A stretch of DNA of 64,000 nucleotides, taken from NCBI GenBank assembly GCA_028717245.1, contig JAQUOD010000001.1:85514-149513 (forward strand). Direction: 5' to 3'. Below the pieces are notes generated by a model, which was given only the letters and a program-made list of their open reading frames with translations, was not told the origin of the DNA and did no database searches. Of the stretch, positions 1-9,990 are shown one piece after another. Position numbers and translations under genes: made by a program. Numbering within the stretch: position 1 is the stretch's first letter; each line of letters opens with the position of its first letter. The DNA comes from Candidatus Omnitrophota bacterium (GTDB lineage: Bacteria; Omnitrophota; Gorgyraeia; Gygaellales; Profunditerraquicolaceae).

Positions 1-606
1 TATTTTATCGATTACCTCGCCATAAAATTCTACTGCTTTATATGTGGCTCCGTTAGAGCCTATACTGCTGATAATATGTAAAATAATATCCTTAGCGAAT
101 ATCCCCTTAGGCATCTTACCCTTTACAATTATTTTTATGCTCTGAGGTACTTTAAACCAGTTTTTTCCCGTAGCCAAGGCGACTGCCAGGTCAGTTGAAC
201 CTACTCCCGTAGCAAAAGCGCCCAGCGCCCCGTAAGTACAGGTATGCGAGTCTGCGCCCAGTACTAAATCCCCGGGCAGGATCTGCCCGGATTCGGGGAT
301 AACCTGATGGCACACGCCGCAACCGGCTTCATAAAGGCCCACATTATAAGCATCGGCGAAGGCACGCATCCTTTTGTGGATCCTGGAGACGCCTTCGTTT
401 GGCGAAGGGGCGTTGTGGTCAATCACCATGCAGAATCTTGTTTTTATCCGTTTTACCTCTAATTCTTTTAACCTGTCCAGAATAATGGACGATGTCCCGT
501 CTTGGCCGAAAGCAAAATCAACCTTGCATATAGCAAGGTCCCCTGCTTTAAGTTTTCTTCCGGCATGGCTGCTAAGTATTTTTTCGGCGATAGTCTGATA
601 AATCAT
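1..606 (-). CDS. leuC: 3-isopropylmalate dehydratase/homoaconitase large subunit (aconitase family), N-terminal 201 aa; continues past window start
   Basis: Manual translation of minus strand: MIYQTIAEKILSSHAGRKLKAGDLAICKVDFAFGQDGTS...GADSHTCTYGALGAFATGVGSTD. ATG at 604-606 overlaps stop of upstream gene (ATGA). Not in ORF track because truncated. Confidence 0.7.
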   Translation of the reverse strand, partial: MIYQTIAEKILSSHAGRKLKAGDLAICKVDFAFGQDGTSSIILDRLKELEVKRIKTRFCMVIDHNAPSPNEGVSRIHKRMRAFADAYNVGLYEAGCGVCHQVIPESGQILPGDLVLGADSHTCTYGALGAFATGVGSTDLAVALATGKNWFKVPQSIKIIVKGKMPKGIFAKDIILHIISSIGSNGATYKAVEFYGEVIDKI

Positions 607-1778
607 AATTTTTTGGCCCAGCCTTCTATTCTATCCATGCCTTTTTCCAGTTGCGCCAGGCTGGTGGCGAAACTTATACGCACGTAATCATCACAGCCAA
701 AACCCGAACCAGGGATGAGGCTTACGGAGGCCTCATCAAGCAGGCGGCCGGCAAAGGTAAGGGAATCCATTTTAAACTTAGAAATATCGCAGAATATATA
801 AAATGCGCCCTGCGGCTTTACGGGTTTAAACCCCTTGATTTTAATCAGCCTGTTAAAGGCATAGTCCCTTTTCTTCTGGAATTCGCTAGCCATAAGTTTA
901 GAAAAATCATCCGTAGCGTTAAGGGCTTCTAGGGCTGCTTTCTGGCTGATTGAAGCAGGGTTTGAAGTAGAGTGGTCCTGCAATTTGGATATGGCCTCTG
1001 CTATATCCAAAGGGGCCCCCAGGTAGCCGATACGCCATCCGGTCATGGAATGGCTTTTAGATACGCCGTTAACAGTAATAACGGATTCGTATATATCTTT
1101 ACCGAGGGAGGCGATAGAGGTATGTTTTAAATTGTCGTAGATAAGCTTTTCATATACCTCGTCGCTGATTATGAAAATTTTTTTTGCTGTACAGATACGC
1201 GCTATCCCTTTTAGCTCTGCCTCTGTATAAACACAGCCGGTAGGATTGGATGGGCTATTTAGTATCAGCAGTTTTGTTTTGGAATTAATGTGTTTTTCTA
1301 AGTCTTTAGGGGTAATCTTGAAATGATTCTGCGCAAGGGTAGGTATGAAACGGATTTTACCTTCGCATAGATTTACCATTTCCGGATAACTCACCCAATA
1401 AGGAGAAGGTATTAAGACTTCGTCGCCCTCCTCCACTAATACAAACAGGGCATTGAAGATGCTGTGTTTTGCCCCGCAGGAAACAATTATCTGGTTGGGG
1501 GCGTAATCAAGGGAGTTATCTCTTTTGAATTTTTCGCAAATCGCTCCTTTTAATTCCGGGATACCGGTGGTAGGGGTGTATTTTGTAAATCCAGCTTTTA
1601 TCGCGTTTATGGCAGCTTCTTTAATGAAATCAGGCGTATCAAAATCCGGTTCTCCGGCGGCAAAGTTAACGACATCGCGCCCCTCGGATTTTAATTTTTT
1701 AGCTTTTGCGGTTATGGCAAGAGTTTGGGAAGGATTTATTTTCTTAAGGCGTTTTGCCAGCCTTGCATCTTTTTGCAT
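603..1778 (-). CDS. class I PLP-dependent aminotransferase (aspartate aminotransferase-like)
   Basis: 391 aa ORF; SKSHSMTGWRIGY lysine motif region, NPTG motif. Confidence 0.8.
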   Translation of the reverse strand: MQKDARLAKRLKKINPSQTLAITAKAKKLKSEGRDVVNFAAGEPDFDTPDFIKEAAINAIKAGFTKYTPTTGIPELKGAICEKFKRDNSLDYAPNQIIVSCGAKHSIFNALFVLVEEGDEVLIPSPYWVSYPEMVNLCEGKIRFIPTLAQNHFKITPKDLEKHINSKTKLLILNSPSNPTGCVYTEAELKGIARICTAKKIFIISDEVYEKLIYDNLKHTSIASLGKDIYESVITVNGVSKSHSMTGWRIGYLGAPLDIAEAISKLQDHSTSNPASISQKAALEALNATDDFSKLMASEFQKKRDYAFNRLIKIKGFKPVKPQGAFYIFCDISKFKMDSLTFAGRLLDEASVSLIPGSGFGCDDYVRISFATSLAQLEKGMDRIEGWAKKL

Positions 1779-1794
1779 CGAGATTTCTTTATGG

Positions 1795-2358
1795 TTATAA
1801 AGAGTCCCGCTCTTTTTTGAATATTCCCCGAAGCCCCCCTAAGAATTTTTTGGTAGGCTTTTTAGTAATGGGCGGTTTTTCCTTTACCGCTATTTCTGTC
1901 TTTGATTTTTCTTCTCTGAGTTTTTCTTCTTTTAAGGGCCTCTCTTCGGCTATTTCCGTTTTCTTTGGGGTTTCGGCCTGAATTTTCTTAGGCTTTTTTT
2001 CCTTAATTTCGGTAAGCGCCAGGATTGCTAATTGCGCATTATCCCCCCGCCTTACCCCTAAATTTAAAATTCTGGTGTAGCCGCCGATTCTATTGGTAAA
2101 ACGCGGGGCGATATCCTTAAAAAGCAGGCTGACCAGCTTATGGCTGCCCAGTATTTTATAGGCCTGCCTTTTGGCAAAAAGGGAGTTCTTTTTGCCTAAA
2201 GATATAAGCTCCTCTACCAATGGTTTTGCGGCCTTGGCCCTATGCAAGGTAGTTTTAATCTGTTGGTGAATGATCATGGCCCTTGCCAGGCTGATGAGCG
2301 TTGCCTTACGCCAACTGGTAAAACGGTTTAATTGTAATCTAGCCTTTGCGTGTCTCAT
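1795..2358 (-). CDS. rplQ: 50S ribosomal protein L17 with ~65-aa K/E-rich C-terminal extension
   Basis: MRHAKARLQLNRFTSWRKATL... L17 N-terminus; tail EIKEKKPKKIQAETPKK... Confidence 0.9.
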   Translation of the reverse strand: MRHAKARLQLNRFTSWRKATLISLARAMIIHQQIKTTLHRAKAAKPLVEELISLGKKNSLFAKRQAYKILGSHKLVSLLFKDIAPRFTNRIGGYTRILNLGVRRGDNAQLAILALTEIKEKKPKKIQAETPKKTEIAEERPLKEEKLREEKSKTEIAVKEKPPITKKPTKKFLGGLRGIFKKERDSL

Positions 2359-2393
2359 CTAGTTTATCCTTTATTATATTATCTATATTTAAT

Positions 2394-3383
2394 TTATGTT
2401 TTCTTTAATTTCTTAGAATCAACCTGCATGCCTAGGTTCACACCCATGCCCGCGAGCAATTCCTTTATTTCGGTCAGGGATTTCTTGCCGAAATTTTTAA
2501 AACTCAACATTTCCTCTTCCGTCTTCTTTACTAAATCAGCTATGGTCTTGATATTAGCTTCCCTCAGGCAATTTGAGCTCCTTACCGATAATTCCAGCTC
2601 CGATATGGGCAGCTTTAATTTTTCATATAGCATCATTTCTTCCCGGCTCATCTGCGGCTCTTCTTCTATTTCCTCGGGTAGCTGGCCGAAACTGACAAAG
2701 ATATCCAGGTGCCTCTGCAGGATATTGGAGGCATAAAGAAGGGCGTCCTTTGGGGTTATGGCGCCGTTGGTTAATATTTCTAATATCAGTTTATCGTAGT
2801 CTGTCCTTTGCCCTACGCGCGTATTCTCTACGTAAAAATTCACCTTTTTAACCGGGCTGAATATGGAGTCTATGGGGATTACGTTTATACTGGCGCCGTC
2901 TTTTTTATTTGCTTCCTGAGGCACATAACCCCGGCCCCTGGCTACCTCAAGTTCCGCCTGGAACTTTATATCTTTAGTAAGGGTGGCGATATGCAGGTCA
3001 GGGTTAATTATTTCTATAGTTTCATCGACCTCAATATCTTTTCCCTTGACCTCGCCTTTGGTATTTTTTTTCACGTAGATAGTCTTGGGTATCTTTGAGT
3101 GGGAATTCAAGACCAGGCTCTTTATGTTTAAAATTATCTCCGGGATATCTTCCAGTACCCCGGGGATAGTAGAGAATTCATGCTCTACCCCCAAAAATTT
3201 AACCGAGGTAACCGCGCTGCCTTCTATAGAAGAAAGCAAAACCCTTCTTAAGGAACTGCCTAAGGTTACGCCGTAGCCTCTCTCGAAAGGGGCAGCAGAA
3301 AATTTACCATAGGTATTAGTGTAGCTAGCTTCATCGCACTCCAGCTTCTTCGGTAATTGAAAATCCCTCCATTTTGTGCCCAT
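2394..3383 (-). CDS. rpoA: DNA-directed RNA polymerase subunit alpha
   Basis: 329 aa, follows rpsD/rpsK/rpsM as in alpha operon. Confidence 0.9.
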   Translation of the reverse strand: MGTKWRDFQLPKKLECDEASYTNTYGKFSAAPFERGYGVTLGSSLRRVLLSSIEGSAVTSVKFLGVEHEFSTIPGVLEDIPEIILNIKSLVLNSHSKIPKTIYVKKNTKGEVKGKDIEVDETIEIINPDLHIATLTKDIKFQAELEVARGRGYVPQEANKKDGASINVIPIDSIFSPVKKVNFYVENTRVGQRTDYDKLILEILTNGAITPKDALLYASNILQRHLDIFVSFGQLPEEIEEEPQMSREEMMLYEKLKLPISELELSVRSSNCLREANIKTIADLVKKTEEEMLSFKNFGKKSLTEIKELLAGMGVNLGMQVDSKKLKKT

Positions 3384-3416
3384 CTTCCCTCGCTTTCACT
3401 CTTAAGCAATAAAATG

Positions 3417-4046
3417 TTATTTAGAATACAACTCTACAATCAGCTGTTCCTGGATCGGTTGTTGTATATCCTCTTTTTCCGGTAATCTTAAGACCATTGC
3501 CTTTAGTTCTTTGGTGTCGAATTGCAGCCAGGAAGGTACCCCCCTATCGTTAGATAATTCAAGGTTCTCCCGGATTTTCTTTTGTCCCTTTTCTTTTGTT
3601 TTTATCTGAATAACATCGTCTTTACTTATAAGATACGAAGGTATGTTAACCCGCGTAGAGTTTACATAGACTAAATTATGGCGTACTATCTGGCGGCTCT
3701 GTGCCCGGGATAGGCCTAGGCCCAGCCTGAATACGACATTATCCAGCCTTCTCTCTAATAATTGCAATAGCACCTTTCCGGTTACGCCTTTTGTTTTAGA
3801 GGCAATATGGAAATACCTGCGGAATTGTTTTTCTAGGACCCCGTACATCCTTTTGGCCTTTTGTTTTTCTCTTAGCTGTAGCCCGTAGTTAGATAGTTTT
3901 TGCCTCCTGCCCTGGCCGTGTTGCCCCGGGGCATAGCTTCTTTTAGCAATGGCGCATTTGGGTGTGTTACATCTTGGCCCTTTTAAGAATAATTTTTCTC
4001 CCTGGCGCCTGCAGAGCCTACAAACAGCATTTATATATCGGCCCAT
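3417..4046 (-). CDS. rpsD: 30S ribosomal protein S4 (Zn-finger type N-terminus CxxC..CxxC)
   Basis: MGRYINAVCRLCRRQGEKLFLKGPRC... 209 aa. Confidence 0.9.
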   Translation of the reverse strand: MGRYINAVCRLCRRQGEKLFLKGPRCNTPKCAIAKRSYAPGQHGQGRRQKLSNYGLQLREKQKAKRMYGVLEKQFRRYFHIASKTKGVTGKVLLQLLERRLDNVVFRLGLGLSRAQSRQIVRHNLVYVNSTRVNIPSYLISKDDVIQIKTKEKGQKKIRENLELSNDRGVPSWLQFDTKELKAMVLRLPEKEDIQQPIQEQLIVELYSK

Positions 4047-4051
4047 TTATT

Positions 4052-4441
4052 TTATACTCTCCTTCTTTTTCTGGCACGGCATCCGTTATGAGGGATCGGC
4101 GTGACATCCCTGATTGAGACAACAGTCAGGCCCGCAGCCTGTAGCGCCCTGATTGCCGATTCCCTGCCTGAGCCAGGCCCTTTTACGTAGACCTCGATTT
4201 CTTTAATCCCGATTTCTTTGGCTTTTCTTGCCGCGTCGGTTGCAGCTATCTGGGCGGCAAAAGGCGTGGACTTTTTCGAACCGCTGTAACCTACGATACC
4301 GGGCGCCGACCAGACCAGGGCATTACCCTGTTTATCGGTTATGGTAATTATGGTATTATTGAAGCTTGCCTGTATATGGGCTATGCCGTTGGTTATGCCC
4401 TTTGCGATCTTTTTCTTTTTTGCCTTGTCCTTTACCGCCAT
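4052..4441 (-). CDS. rpsK: 30S ribosomal protein S11
   Basis: 129 aa, ...RKRRRV C-terminus. Confidence 0.9.
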   Translation of the reverse strand: MAVKDKAKKKKIAKGITNGIAHIQASFNNTIITITDKQGNALVWSAPGIVGYSGSKKSTPFAAQIAATDAARKAKEIGIKEIEVYVKGPGSGRESAIRALQAAGLTVVSIRDVTPIPHNGCRARKRRRV

Positions 4442-4459
4442 ATTTTTTCACTCCATTAA

Positions 4460-4879
4460 TTATTTTGCAGGCTTAGCTGCAGGGGCGGCCTTTTTATCGT
4501 CGGTAGATTTCTTTATCACGGCCATGCCGCCTTTACGCGGGCCCTTTCTGGTCCTTGCGTTTGTACGCGTACGTTGCCCTCTTACGGGAAGGCCCTTTTT
4601 ATGGCGCATCCCCCTCCATGACCCGATATCCATCAATCTTTTGATATTTTGCGAGATCTCACGCCTTAGGTCGCCTTCTACCCTCATCCCGCTTTTCTGT
4701 ATGGTATTGGTGAGGCGCACGGTTTCCTCTTCAGTCAGGTCTTTGGCGCGCTTACCGGCATCGATAGCGGCTTCCTTAAGGATTTTATTGGAGGTATCCC
4801 TGCCTATGCCATAAAGATAGGTAAGGGCAATTTCGATTCTTTTTTCCTTGGGTATATCTACGCCTACGATTCTGGGCAC
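4460..4879 (-). CDS. rpsM: 30S ribosomal protein S13 (GTG start; short K/A-rich C-tail)
   Basis: [10 protein letters not shown]...; plus-strand 'cac' at 4877-4879 = GTG start. Confidence 0.9.
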   Translation of the reverse strand: MPRIVGVDIPKEKRIEIALTYLYGIGRDTSNKILKEAAIDAGKRAKDLTEEETVRLTNTIQKSGMRVEGDLRREISQNIKRLMDIGSWRGMRHKKGLPVRGQRTRTNARTRKGPRKGGMAVIKKSTDDKKAAPAAKPAK

Positions 4880-4907
4880 TTCTTCCTCCTTTAAAACTTA
4901 ATTACTT

Positions 4908-5021
4908 TTAGCCCTGTTTTTGTTTATGTTTTGGATTAGGACAGATTACCCGGACAATCCCTCTCCTTTTGATAATCTTGCACCTGTCACAGATTTTTTT
5001 TACCGAAGCCTTTACTTTCAC
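4908..5021 (-). CDS. rpmJ: 50S ribosomal protein L36 (37 aa, GTG start), not in ORF track
   Basis: Manual translation: (M)[36 protein letters not shown]; C-x2-C-x12-C-x4-H zinc motif. Confidence 0.85.
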   Translation of the reverse strand: MKVKASVKKICDRCKIIKRRGIVRVICPNPKHKQKQG

Positions 5022-5076
5022 CCCGCCCTTCCTTCCGTATATTTCCCCACTCTCCCTTTTTTTAGGAAGGGCGGGG
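5021..5076 (-). promoter_or_regulatory. perfect 12-bp GC-rich stem (ccccgcccttcc / ggaagggcgggg) with 32-nt loop; on mRNA it sequesters the rpmJ GUG start and a GGAAGG SD-like tract
   Basis: Inverted repeat read directly; 3' arm on mRNA ends in the G of GUG. Confidence 0.5.
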
Positions 5077-5084
5077 TTCATATT

Positions 5085-5312
5085 TTATTTTGATCTAAAA
5101 GTAATCCTGCCTCTGGTTAAGTCATAAGGAGAAAGCTCCAGCTTTACTTTATCTCCCGGCAGTATCCTGATAAAATTCATGCGCATTTTACCCGAAACGT
5201 GGGCGAGCACGCGGTGCCCGTTTTCTAATTCTACCCGAAACATAGCATTAGGCAAAGCTTCAATTACCGTACCCTCGGTTTCAATCAGCTCTTCTTTTGC
5301 CATATTTGTCAA
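5085..5312 (-). CDS. infA: translation initiation factor IF-1
   Basis: 75 aa S1-like fold, ...[18 protein letters not shown]... Confidence 0.9.
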   Translation of the reverse strand: MTNMAKEELIETEGTVIEALPNAMFRVELENGHRVLAHVSGKMRMNFIRILPGDKVKLELSPYDLTRGRITFRSK

Positions 5313-6052
5313 TCAGTCAATACCTGCGGCCCATCGTCCGTGATGGCTACCGTATGTTCAAAATGCGCCGAAGGCATACCGTCTTTTGTCACTGCGGTCC
5401 AACCGTTATCCAGGATCTCGCATTCCCAAGTTCCCATATTTACCATAGGCTCAATGGCAAAGACCATGCCGTTTTTTAATAATTCGCCCTCGTGGGGCCT
5501 GCCGAAATTAGGTATTTCAGGGGTTTCATGTAAGCTGTGGCCTATACCGTGGCCTACAAACTGCCTGACCACGGAAAAACCGTGTTTTTCCACATAGGTT
5601 TGGATCGCATAAGATATATCCGACAGGCGGTTATTTACCCTTGCCCGTTCTATGCCTTTTAAGAGAGCGTTTTTAGTTACGGCGATCAATCTATCCGTGC
5701 CGGAGGCAAGGCGGCCTACGCCCACGGTAATTGCCCCGTCGCAGAAATAACCTTTATAGTTTATACCTAAGTCCAGGCCGATAATATCGCCTTCTTTTAA
5801 TCGCCTGGGCCCGGGTATGCCGTGCACCACTTCTTCGTTAATGGAAGCGCAGATATTTCCCGGGAAGCCTTTGTAGCCTTTAAATGCCGGCAGGGCCTTT
5901 TCTTTATCCACTAGTTTTTGCGCCAATTCGTCAATTTCTAACGTCGAGACCCCTGCCTTAACAGAGCTTTTCAGCCTCTGCATTATTTCAGCAAGGATCT
6001 TTCCGGATTTTTTCAGCATTTTCAGGTCCTCTTTAGACTTTATGGGAATCAT
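5309..6052 (-). CDS. map: methionine aminopeptidase type I
   Basis: 247 aa; metal ligands region [12 protein letters not shown]. Confidence 0.9.
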   Translation of the reverse strand: MIPIKSKEDLKMLKKSGKILAEIMQRLKSSVKAGVSTLEIDELAQKLVDKEKALPAFKGYKGFPGNICASINEEVVHGIPGPRRLKEGDIIGLDLGINYKGYFCDGAITVGVGRLASGTDRLIAVTKNALLKGIERARVNNRLSDISYAIQTYVEKHGFSVVRQFVGHGIGHSLHETPEIPNFGRPHEGELLKNGMVFAIEPMVNMGTWECEILDNGWTAVTKDGMPSAHFEHTVAITDDGPQVLTD

Positions 6053-6692
6053 TAGGTTCTTTTGTTAACTCAATAATTTTATTCAGCACCATTTCCGCAT
6101 CCCCGTCTGCCGAAAGGCGGTAAAGGCTGCCTTTTTGATTGTAGTATTGAACTACAGGAGAAGATTCCTTTAGATAGACCTCAAGACGTTTTTTAATCGT
6201 CTGGGGATTGTCATCGTTTCTTTGATAAAGTTTACCGCCGCATTTATCACAGGCCATATCTACTTTCGGCGGCATGTTCTTAATATGAAAATTCTCCGAA
6301 CAAACGCTGCAGACTAAGCGCCCAGAGAGCCGTTGTATGATTACCGGTTCGCTGGTATCAAGATAAATTACTAAATCCGGACCGGATTTTTTTAACATGT
6401 TATCCAGCGCTTCCGCTTGGCTGATATTACGGGGGTAACCGTCTAAAATAAATCCTCTTTGGGTATCCGATTGGTTAATACGCTCACTTAACATCTGCGT
6501 AACCAATTCATCGGGTACTAAAGCGCCCCTGTTCATAAAATCCTGGGCCTGTTTACCTAACGGGGTATTGCCTGAGACATTTTGCCTGAGTATATCTCCG
6601 GTAGAGATGTGCGGCAGGCCTAACTTCTCTGCCAATACCTTTGCCTGCGTGCCTTTTCCCGCACCCGGCGGGCCCAATAATATTATTTTCAT
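6033..6692 (-). CDS. adk: adenylate kinase (Zn-lid type CxxC..CxxC)
   Basis: ORF track start 6737 is an upstream extension; MKIILLGPPGAGKGTQA start at 6692, 1 nt after secY stop. Confidence 0.9.
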   Translation of the reverse strand: MKIILLGPPGAGKGTQAKVLAEKLGLPHISTGDILRQNVSGNTPLGKQAQDFMNRGALVPDELVTQMLSERINQSDTQRGFILDGYPRNISQAEALDNMLKKSGPDLVIYLDTSEPVIIQRLSGRLVCSVCSENFHIKNMPPKVDMACDKCGGKLYQRNDDNPQTIKKRLEVYLKESSPVVQYYNQKGSLYRLSADGDAEMVLNKIIELTKEPNDSHKV

Positions 6693-6693
6693 T

Positions 6694-8040
6694 CTATCTC
6701 CTTCCCCTGATGCGTCCACCCTTGATAAACCCTTCATAGTGGTGCATGAGAAGGTGTGATTCTATCTGTTTTATCGTATCCAATACGACGCCTACTACAA
6801 TTAATATTCCTGTGCCGCCGAAAAAAGAAGCCACCAAGTAAGGAATCTTAAGCCAGGCCATAATAAAATCCGGAAAGATCGCGATAAAGGCGATAAAAGA
6901 CGCTCCGGCTAAGGTTATGCGCGTCATCACGTAATCCAGGAATTCGGTAGTGGAAGTCCCCGGCCTGATCCCCGGGATAAAGCCGCCGTATTTTTTCATA
7001 TTTTCGGATAAATCCACGGGATTAAACACGATAGCGGTATAGAAATAGCAGAAGAATATAATCAATAACGCATATACAGCCGTATAGAGCAGGTGCCCTC
7101 TTACGAGCCCCTGGGCCCAGCTTTGAAATGTGGGGTTAGGTATGAATGAAGCCAAAGTAGCGGGAAAAAGGATTATTGATTGGGCAAAGATTATGGCAAT
7201 AACGCCGGAGGTGTCTACTTTTAAAGGTATGTAAGTGCTCTGGCCGCCGAAAATCTTTCTTCCTACAACCCTGCGCGCATACTGCACGGGGATCTTTCTT
7301 TGCCCCTGGGTAATGAGGATTACCGCAAAGACTACGCCTACCAAGAGAGCTGCCATAATCAACAAGGTAAAAGGCTGGATTTGCCTGCGGCCAGGCGAGA
7401 AAGGCGAAATCAATATGAATAATTGGTGCATTGCCGGCCAGAGCCGGGAAATAATACCGCAGGTGATGACTAAAGAGATGCCGTTACCGATACCCCTTTC
7501 CTGTATCTGTTCGCCTAACCACATAATAAATATCGTGCCGGTAGTTAAAGTAAGGACGGTTAATATGCGAAAACCCCATCCGGGGTATACGACTATCCTT
7601 AAACCTTCAAAACGCGCGGGATTCTCAAGCCACAGGGCGATAAAGAAGGATTGTATTAAAGAAAGCGCTACTGTCCCGTAACGGGTGTATTGATTTATTT
7701 TTTCATAACCGGCCTTGCCCTCCTTGGCTAGTTTTTCTAAGGCGGGTATGACCGCGGTTAAGAGCTGCAGTATGATAGAGCTGGATATGTAAGGCATGAT
7801 CCCCAAGGCAAAAATAGTAAGCCTTTCCATTGCCCCGCCGGAGAACATATTGATGATACCGAAGATTGTTCCGCCCTGGGTTTTGGCCATGCGATTGAAG
7901 AATTCGGCCAGTGCCGCTCCGTCGATACCGGGGGTAGGTATATAGCAGCCTATGCGGTAGACAATAATAAGGACTGCTGTTACGATAATCCTTTTTTTTA
8001 GGTCGGGGATCTTAAAGGAATTAACCAGCGCGCTAAACAC
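6694..8040 (-). CDS. secY: preprotein translocase subunit SecY
   Basis: 448 aa multi-TM, position between rplO and adk. Confidence 0.9.
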   Translation of the reverse strand: MFSALVNSFKIPDLKKRIIVTAVLIIVYRIGCYIPTPGIDGAALAEFFNRMAKTQGGTIFGIINMFSGGAMERLTIFALGIMPYISSSIILQLLTAVIPALEKLAKEGKAGYEKINQYTRYGTVALSLIQSFFIALWLENPARFEGLRIVVYPGWGFRILTVLTLTTGTIFIMWLGEQIQERGIGNGISLVITCGIISRLWPAMHQLFILISPFSPGRRQIQPFTLLIMAALLVGVVFAVILITQGQRKIPVQYARRVVGRKIFGGQSTYIPLKVDTSGVIAIIFAQSIILFPATLASFIPNPTFQSWAQGLVRGHLLYTAVYALLIIFFCYFYTAIVFNPVDLSENMKKYGGFIPGIRPGTSTTEFLDYVMTRITLAGASFIAFIAIFPDFIMAWLKIPYLVASFFGGTGILIVVGVVLDTIKQIESHLLMHHYEGFIKGGRIRGRR

Positions 8041-8539
8041 TAATAACCTCTATCTTTCCTCCGGCACCCTGGATCTTCTCCATAGCTTTACGGGAAAACG
8101 CGTGCGCCTGTATAGTAACGGGATTTTTGATGTCTCCGTCGCTCAATATTTTAACCCATTTACTTTTGTCCTTAATCATGCCCTTTTCCTGCAATAATTC
8201 CGGGTTTATGGTTTCTGTTTTTATTTTATTCAGGTCGCCTAAATGTATAATCTGATATTCCTTTTTGGACCTGCTGGTAAAACCGCGTTTGGGAATTCTG
8301 CGGATTAAGGGGGTCTGTCCGCCTTCAAATCCGAGATATTTGTGTTTTCCTGAACGCGAAGTCTGGCCTTTGCTGCCGCGGGTAGAAGTTTTGCCGTGGC
8401 CGGAACTGGAACCTCTGCCTAAAATCTTTTTACGCTTATGGGCACCCTTAGGCGTGCTTAAATTATAGAGACCAGTTGCAACAGGAACCGCTGTCTTTAC
8501 TTTGGGATGCGCCTTATTCTTTACTCTCTTTGTTTTCAT
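8033..8539 (-). CDS. rplO: 50S ribosomal protein L15 (23-aa N-terminal extension overlapping rpsE 3' end by 26 nt)
   Basis: ...[25 protein letters not shown]... L15 core; no rpmD (L30) between rpsE and rplO. Confidence 0.85.
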   Translation of the reverse strand: MKTKRVKNKAHPKVKTAVPVATGLYNLSTPKGAHKRKKILGRGSSSGHGKTSTRGSKGQTSRSGKHKYLGFEGGQTPLIRRIPKRGFTSRSKKEYQIIHLGDLNKIKTETINPELLQEKGMIKDKSKWVKILSDGDIKNPVTIQAHAFSRKAMEKIQGAGGKIEVISV

Positions 8540-8996
8540 TTTGCATTACCTTTAAGTTCTTTAACCCCTGGACAGTAGCTTTAATTACGTTTAACGGGTT
8601 ATTAGACCTGAGACATTTGGTCAAAATATCCTTTATGCCCACGGCTTCGCATATTGCCCTGACCGGGCCGGCAGCGATAACGCCCGTCCCTTCCGAAGCA
8701 GGCTTCAAGAGTACCTTGGCCGCGCCGAATTCGCCAATAATTTCATGCGGTATAGTCGAACCTTCCATGGTTACGTTAAAAAGTTCTTTTTTTGCCTTAG
8801 TTAATCCTTTACGGATAGCATCTGCAACCTCGTTGGCTTTACCCAGGGCAAAACCCATACGGCCTTTGGTATTGCCTACTACTACCAGGGCGCTGAAAGA
8901 AAGTTTCTTCCCGCCCTTAGTTACCTTAGCTACCCTATTGATAGTAATAACCTTTTCTATAAATTCCTGGTTTTGCTCAATCCTTAATTCTTGCAT
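8514..8996 (-). CDS. rpsE: 30S ribosomal protein S5
   Basis: 160 aa, ...[14 protein letters not shown]... Confidence 0.9.
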   Translation of the reverse strand: MQELRIEQNQEFIEKVITINRVAKVTKGGKKLSFSALVVVGNTKGRMGFALGKANEVADAIRKGLTKAKKELFNVTMEGSTIPHEIIGEFGAAKVLLKPASEGTGVIAAGPVRAICEAVGIKDILTKCLRSNNPLNVIKATVQGLKNLKVMQNENKESKE

Positions 8997-8999
8997 TTA

Positions 9000-9362
9000 T
9001 TAAAACTCCATTCCGCCTTTTCTTAAGGCATCTGCAAACGCCTTGACTCTCCCGTGGTATAAATAACCCGCACGGTCAAAAACAATAGAATTGATGCCTT
9101 TTTCTTTAGCCTTTTTGGCAAAGACTTCGCCAAATAATTCCGCTGCCTTTAAATTTCCGGCAGAGGCGAATTTTTGCTTTATTTCTTTATCCAGCGTGGA
9201 TAGGGAAAACAAGGTCGCATTTTTTGTATCGTCTATAATCTGGGCATAGATATTTTTTAAGCTGCGGCGTAAAATTAAACGCGGCCTTTCTTTTGTGCCG
9301 GATAACAATAAACGTATACGCCGGTGCCTCTTCAATCTGGATAAATCTTTTTTCTTTTTCAT
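9000..9362 (-). CDS. rplR: 50S ribosomal protein L18
   Basis: 120 aa. Confidence 0.9.
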   Translation of the reverse strand: MKKKKDLSRLKRHRRIRLLLSGTKERPRLILRRSLKNIYAQIIDDTKNATLFSLSTLDKEIKQKFASAGNLKAAELFGEVFAKKAKEKGINSIVFDRAGYLYHGRVKAFADALRKGGMEF

Positions 9363-9365
9363 ATA

Positions 9366-9911
9366 TTATTTAGTCGTGGCTTGAGCCTTGCCTACCTTTT
9401 TCTTTATGTATTCCCCCGCGTAGCGAATACCTTTGCCTTTATACGGTTCAGGAGGATAAACCGCGCGTATTTCAGAAGCGATCTTGCCTATCTTTTCTTT
9501 GTCGATACTCCTGATTACAATCTGGGTCTGCTTGGGTGTTTCTATTTTTATTCCTTCGGGTATGGGGAAATTCACCGGGTGAGAAAAACCCAGCTGCATG
9601 TTTAGATTATTACCTTGGACCTGCGCGCGAAATCCCATTCCCTGGATTTCTAATTCTTTGGTATATCCTTCGGTAACTCCTTTAATCATATTAAAGACTA
9701 GGGAGCGATAAAGGCCGTGCAGGGCTTTATCGGATTTTATATTGGTTGCCCTTTTAAAAAAGACCTGGCCGTCTTTCATTTCTAACTTTATGCGGTCCGA
9801 AACGAGACAGTCCAATTTTCCTTTAGGGCCCTCGATATAGATTTTGCCCTCTTTTACCTCTACTTTTACTTCTTTGGGTATAGTTACAGGTTTAGCGCCT
9901 ATTCTAGACAT
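9366..9911 (-). CDS. rplF: 50S ribosomal protein L6 (likely start MSRIGAKP at 9911; ORF-track start 9926 lies inside an intergenic palindrome)
   Basis: L6 N-terminus consensus MSRI/V-AK-P. Confidence 0.85.
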   Translation of the reverse strand: MSRIGAKPVTIPKEVKVEVKEGKIYIEGPKGKLDCLVSDRIKLEMKDGQVFFKRATNIKSDKALHGLYRSLVFNMIKGVTEGYTKELEIQGMGFRAQVQGNNLNMQLGFSHPVNFPIPEGIKIETPKQTQIVIRSIDKEKIGKIASEIRAVYPPEPYKGKGIRYAGEYIKKKVGKAQATTK

Positions 9912-9924
9912 TTTTAATGAGCCC

Positions 9925-9947
9925 ATAACTTACGGAACGTAAGTTAT
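9925..9947 (-). repeat. perfect 10-bp palindrome ataacttacg-gaa-cgtaagttat (stem-loop) in rpsH-rplF spacer
   Basis: read directly. Confidence 0.7.
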
Positions 9948-9959
9948 TTGGGCGAATTA

Positions 9960-9983
9960 ATCCGCCAATGCTTTGTGGCGGAT
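9960..9983 (-). repeat. 8-bp stem hairpin atccgcca-atgctttg-tggcggat just downstream of rpsH stop
   Basis: read directly. Confidence 0.6.
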
Positions 9984-9990
9984 ATCCTAG

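Noticed and set aside
6033-6737. ORF-track N-terminal extensions of adk, fusA (to 20426), alaS (to 49154), rplF, rplP
   Set aside because: The extensions overlap the upstream gene's coding region and lack homology. Conserved N-termini ([50 protein letters not shown]) begin at internal start codons that abut the upstream stop codons.
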